From: Hyphomicrobium sp.
Lineage (GTDB): Bacteria > Pseudomonadota > Alphaproteobacteria > Rhizobiales > Hyphomicrobiaceae
Direction: 5' to 3'
Length of the DNA: 64,000 nucleotides
NCBI RefSeq assembly: GCF_036780825.1
Contig: NZ_DAIQCD010000004.1
Location: 33,412-97,411, forward strand
Part shown: piece by piece, positions 60,661 to 64,000 of the stretch
How positions within the stretch are numbered: the first letter of the stretch is position 1
Layout of the letters: each line of letters opens with the position of its first letter
Translations under genes and position numbers: made by a program
The notes under the pieces: generated by a model
The model's input: the letters and a program-made list of their open reading frames with translations, nothing else
What the model was told of the DNA's origin: nothing
Database searches by the model: none

Positions 60661-62010
60661 TTACGACGGTGCGGTGCGAACGCCAGTCAGCAAGCGCCCA
60701 ACCTCTTCCAATCCGCGGCGGTAGACATCAGCCAAGTCATCGTGACGGGAAGGATCATCATAGAGCGGCCCTGGCTTGTGGATGAGGGCCTTGGCGAGTT
60801 CCGGACGCTTCGATAGCCGCGCGATCGCGATCTGAAAGGATCGGACCTGCTGACCTTCGGCCTGTCGGGTGTCTAATGTGGCAGTCTTCAGGTCTGGCAC
60901 GCCGTAAATTGTCGAATCCTTGCCCTGTAGAGAGGCCCGTCGAATGAGACACGGTAGGCAGTATCCGCAGTGTCCCTGTGGCTTCTTGGTCCAGCGCCCC
61001 TTCGTCGGCGATGAACATGATAGCGACAGCGGGGCGAGCTGCTTCAACAGGGCCGGATTGGTGCATTGGGTGACCATCTCCCCCTTGGTCTTGTCCCAAT
61101 AGGGATTTTCGACCTTCCCTCCGACACCGAGCGCCCGCAGCAGATCGTTCCACCGGGCCATGTAGAAGGGATGCGTCGTGCGGGTGCTGAGCGCGCCGAG
61201 CCGAAGTCTATCGAGCGGCACGTTGAGCGCGATCAACCCGTTTTCCGGAACCTTGAGCACGAAGTCGCGGCCGAGCGCAGTCCCGGCGGCCAAGCCCAGC
61301 GAGAAGAACAGGAACGAGCGGCCGCGTGTGGTGTCCTCCGATCCGACGTCCTCGACAAACCCGCTATCGAAGCTCATCCATACCCGCAGCCGATCGAAAG
61401 AAGAGGCTTTATAAGCGGCTTTCAAACCGTGGAAGCACTGCTCCTGCGACTTGCTCACCAGTCCTTCGCCGGCATGGCTGACCAGAAGCGGCGTCTCGCC
61501 GGCATTCAAGCTGTCGATCGCACCGATCAAACTGTCCAAACCACCGGAGAACAAGCTCACGCCATCGAACGGGGCGGGAATGAGGGTGGGCGCGGCAGGA
61601 GAAACCAGCTTCGCGTAGCCCTTGGCCCGTTTGCGGAAGCCCACATCCCATCTGTCGCCTGTCAGGAAGTTCAAGGCGCGGACCAAGATCGGCGCGGCGG
61701 CCGTCCATCGCACTGGATCGCTCACGGGGACGACTAATCGAATCTCGCGCGTCCAGGCATCCTGCGATTCCGTCGAGCGGGAGATGCGGGTGTCCGCTGC
61801 GTGAACGTGGGCCGCGACCACGAGCATGTCCGCGCCGATCTCGCTCGGGGTCAGGTGCAGCGCCTTGAGGTCAGCCAAGGCGTGGCCGATCCCATGATCG
61901 AGACGCTTGCCCGCTACCAACTGTAAGATCGATGCGACTTCGTCGCGCGCCTTTGGAACACGGGTCTTATCGTCCTCGCCGAAACGGCCAATGATGACAT
62001 GGCGCCTCAT
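60661..62010 (-). CDS. qatC: Qat system QueC-like protein
   Basis: LFSGGLDSLIG, RGRSFLF, VPENG, STRTTHP, SCSSP..HCGYCLPCLIRR. Confidence 0.93.
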   Translation of the reverse strand: MRRHVIIGRFGEDDKTRVPKARDEVASILQLVAGKRLDHGIGHALADLKALHLTPSEIGADMLVVAAHVHAADTRISRSTESQDAWTREIRLVVPVSDPVRWTAAAPILVRALNFLTGDRWDVGFRKRAKGYAKLVSPAAPTLIPAPFDGVSLFSGGLDSLIGAIDSLNAGETPLLVSHAGEGLVSKSQEQCFHGLKAAYKASSFDRLRVWMSFDSGFVEDVGSEDTTRGRSFLFFSLGLAAGTALGRDFVLKVPENGLIALNVPLDRLRLGALSTRTTHPFYMARWNDLLRALGVGGKVENPYWDKTKGEMVTQCTNPALLKQLAPLSLSCSSPTKGRWTKKPQGHCGYCLPCLIRRASLQGKDSTIYGVPDLKTATLDTRQAEGQQVRSFQIAIARLSKRPELAKALIHKPGPLYDDPSRHDDLADVYRRGLEEVGRLLTGVRTAPS

Positions 62011-62885
62011 TTCGCTGCCTCCCCATCGCCCATCGTCTGCAACACGTCGAAGGCGGATTGATAGACGTTAGTTACAAAGCCCATCACTGCATCTGGGGTC
62101 AGCGACTGAATGTTGACACCCGCGGCGTTGATCGCGTCGCTGACACCCCGCTGGATGAAATCACGCAATTGCGCCTGAACCCTCTCGGCCGCGCGCGGAT
62201 CGGCAGGCAAGGTTACGACCTTGGTGCCGATGTCGTTACAGATGCGCGCCTCGATCGCGTGAGTCGCATATAGTTCGAAGACGGTCTGGATTTGCCCAGG
62301 TGTCAGCGCGTCGATGTCGGTAATGCCAGCACCGGCGAGATCGGCGATCGTCTCGACGAAGGCGTCTCGCGCGATTCCCTCATCAATAGACCCACCTTCG
62401 GGGCAGATATAATCGGCGAGACCCGCGAACACTTCCTCGATCGGACGCCCGGCGAGGCTTTCAAGGTTGAGCGTTCGTAGCGCCTCACGCACGCCATTCG
62501 CGCTGGCGTCGTTGAGGAACCTGACCAGTCCAGCACCCGCGCCCCGCGACGAACCCATCCGCTGCGCAGCCTGGCGTGAGCCGCCCGCTGATTTGGACAC
62601 ATATTGCGAAACCGCGCGGCCGAGGCTCCTACGGTCGCTTCCGCCCGAACTTGCGAAACGCGTGAAATTGTTTCGGGCGGAAGTGAAGCGATCCGACGCC
62701 CCTGCCGGCGCGGTCGGCCGAGGTGCTGGCGCGGGAGGAACTGCGGGCGGCGCTCCATCAGGAGCCGGGGATTGCGTTCCGTCGCTATCACCCGCGCCAG
62801 CTCCGCCGTCGCTGTCACCTTGCAACCAACTCGGAATGAGCGGCGTACCGCCTCCTGCACCCCCATAGGCGTTCGACGTGCCCAT
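62007..62885 (-). CDS. qatB: Qat system protein QatB
   Basis: MGTSNAYGG..LIPSW, RFTSARNNFTRFA, GGSIDEGIARDAF; TGATG coupling to qatA and ATGA to qatC. Confidence 0.9.
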   Translation of the reverse strand: MGTSNAYGGAGGGTPLIPSWLQGDSDGGAGAGDSDGTQSPAPDGAPPAVPPAPAPRPTAPAGASDRFTSARNNFTRFASSGGSDRRSLGRAVSQYVSKSAGGSRQAAQRMGSSRGAGAGLVRFLNDASANGVREALRTLNLESLAGRPIEEVFAGLADYICPEGGSIDEGIARDAFVETIADLAGAGITDIDALTPGQIQTVFELYATHAIEARICNDIGTKVVTLPADPRAAERVQAQLRDFIQRGVSDAINAAGVNIQSLTPDAVMGFVTNVYQSAFDVLQTMGDGEAAK

Positions 62886-64000
62886 CAGCGACCACCCTTC
62901 CGCGTGCGAAGCGCGGCGCTCGCCGTGGGCTTCAGGAAGGACGAACCGGAGGTGGACCATCCTAAGAGTAGATTCTCGAAGCGCGCCACGGCGTCGGAAT
63001 CCTTGACGACACCCTCCCAACCCGACGCGGGCCAAGGCCCGCACCGATCGGCGGGCAAGGCTTCGAGCAGGTCAAGAAGATTGGCTTGAAGCGTCGGATG
63101 CGCGCGAACTAGCACCGCGAGTCCGTCGATGCCGGGTGGCACGGTATCAAAGGTGTCTCCGCCCATAACGCGCCCGCGCAGTTCCTCGAAGACCTGCGCC
63201 GCCTCCGCAGGAACGAGTTGCTTGAGTTCGCCTTCGAACGCTTGGACCGCGAGTTTTGGGCCGAGCAGTTTTTCGACCACAGCGGCGAGACGCCCGAGGA
63301 CGGAGGCCGCGCCAAAATAGTCTTTCCGATCCTTGGTGACGAACAGATAGGGGCGCAGATCGACCTCAGCCAAGGCCGGCGATAGCCGCGCCCAGGCCCG
63401 TATCGCGTCGGCCGCCTTCCATTCCGTCAGAACGGCACTGTCTTTGGAATCCGGCACGACGGTCGGCTTGGTGTCATCGATGACACTGATTTTCGGCCCG
63501 GCCCGCTTGGCCTTTGGAACTGGCTTCTTCTCCAACGCGGCGGCTTCAAGCGCCGCCAAGTCTGCGCAACGGCCGTCTGGATCACGGGCGGCGGCGCTGG
63601 CGATCTGATCGAATAGTCTGGAGAGGAACCGTTCGGCCAGCATTAGTTTCGCCAGGACGGGCAGCTTCACCTCTTCTCCGAAGCCGCGAGCGAGCGCGGT
63701 CTGATGGCGCAGCAGCAAGGTGTTCAAGAAGCGCTTGATCTGCCGCGGATTGCCCTGAGTACCGCTGGCCAGGATCGGACCGATCTGGTCGCTCAAGGTG
63801 AGCGCGTTCTGTACCTGGCCGGCTTTGTCGCCCAAGGCGGTCTTCACCGTCTGCGCGTCGAGCCCGGCCGTCTTCCAAGGCCGTTTGAGCAATTCACGCG
63901 CGACTGTGATGAGCGACGAGTAAGCGGGATCGTCGTCACCCAGCTCGGCGCCGATGAGCAACAGGGTGACGTAGATACGGGTTTCTGTTTCGCCCAAAGC
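62885..64000 (-). CDS. qatA: Qat system KAP-family P-loop NTPase (5' part outside window)
   Basis: LGETETRIYV, GNPRQIKRFLN, LAKLMLAERF, VDLRPYLFV. Confidence 0.88.
   Translation of the reverse strand, partial: ALGETETRIYVTLLLIGAELGDDDPAYSSLITVARELLKRPWKTAGLDAQTVKTALGDKAGQVQNALTLSDQIGPILASGTQGNPRQIKRFLNTLLLRHQTALARGFGEEVKLPVLAKLMLAERFLSRLFDQIASAAARDPDGRCADLAALEAAALEKKPVPKAKRAGPKISVIDDTKPTVVPDSKDSAVLTEWKAADAIRAWARLSPALAEVDLRPYLFVTKDRKDYFGAASVLGRLAAVVEKLLGPKLAVQAFEGELKQLVPAEAAQVFEELRGRVMGGDTFDTVPPGIDGLAVLVRAHPTLQANLLDLLEALPADRCGPWPASGWEGVVKDSDAVARFENLLLGWSTSGSSFLKPTASAALRTRKGGR

Larger units (their letters stand above)
45600..64000. other. Accessory/genomic-island-like region
   Basis: Resistance and defence genes, an IS remnant, at least four gene relics, and visibly more A/T-ending codons. 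No integrase or att site seen. Confidence 0.65.

Noticed and set aside
62886..63044. N-terminal extension of QatB in the ORF track (also the extensions 3884-4027, 16836-17009, 33158-33337, 36449-36766)
   Set aside because: They overlap neighbouring genes or lack an SD. Downstream starts have coupling or SD support and match family N-termini.

Overview
GC-rich alphaproteobacterial chromosome segment, most consistent with a Hyphomicrobium-like methylotroph (Hyphomicrobiales). 1-41.3 kb is core-type genome: a MoxR-DUF58-DUF4159 operon, an RND pump, mgtE, pepN, sahR-metF with a split metH, cysE, a PilZ/transglutaminase-like protease pair, hisI and yidD. It also holds three apparent pseudo-enzymes (degenerate EAL, SDR and histidine kinase) and a candidate 27-aa small protein. 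41.9-44.9 kb encodes trimethylamine dehydrogenase followed by a divergent Fae-family paralogue. From about 45.6 kb to the right edge is an accessory, decaying island. It contains an ars operon whose two arsC genes are collapsed into one in-frame chimera, an IS5 remnant, several regulator/oxidoreductase pairs and gene relics. It also carries an Rrf2-controlled MFS + dithiol-oxidase-like + methyltransferase + GST module that parallels epidithio-toxin self-protection sets, and a QatABCD anti-phage system (qatA runs off the edge). I found no rRNA, tRNA or CRISPR array. All family calls come from recognising motifs by eye; no database searches were run.
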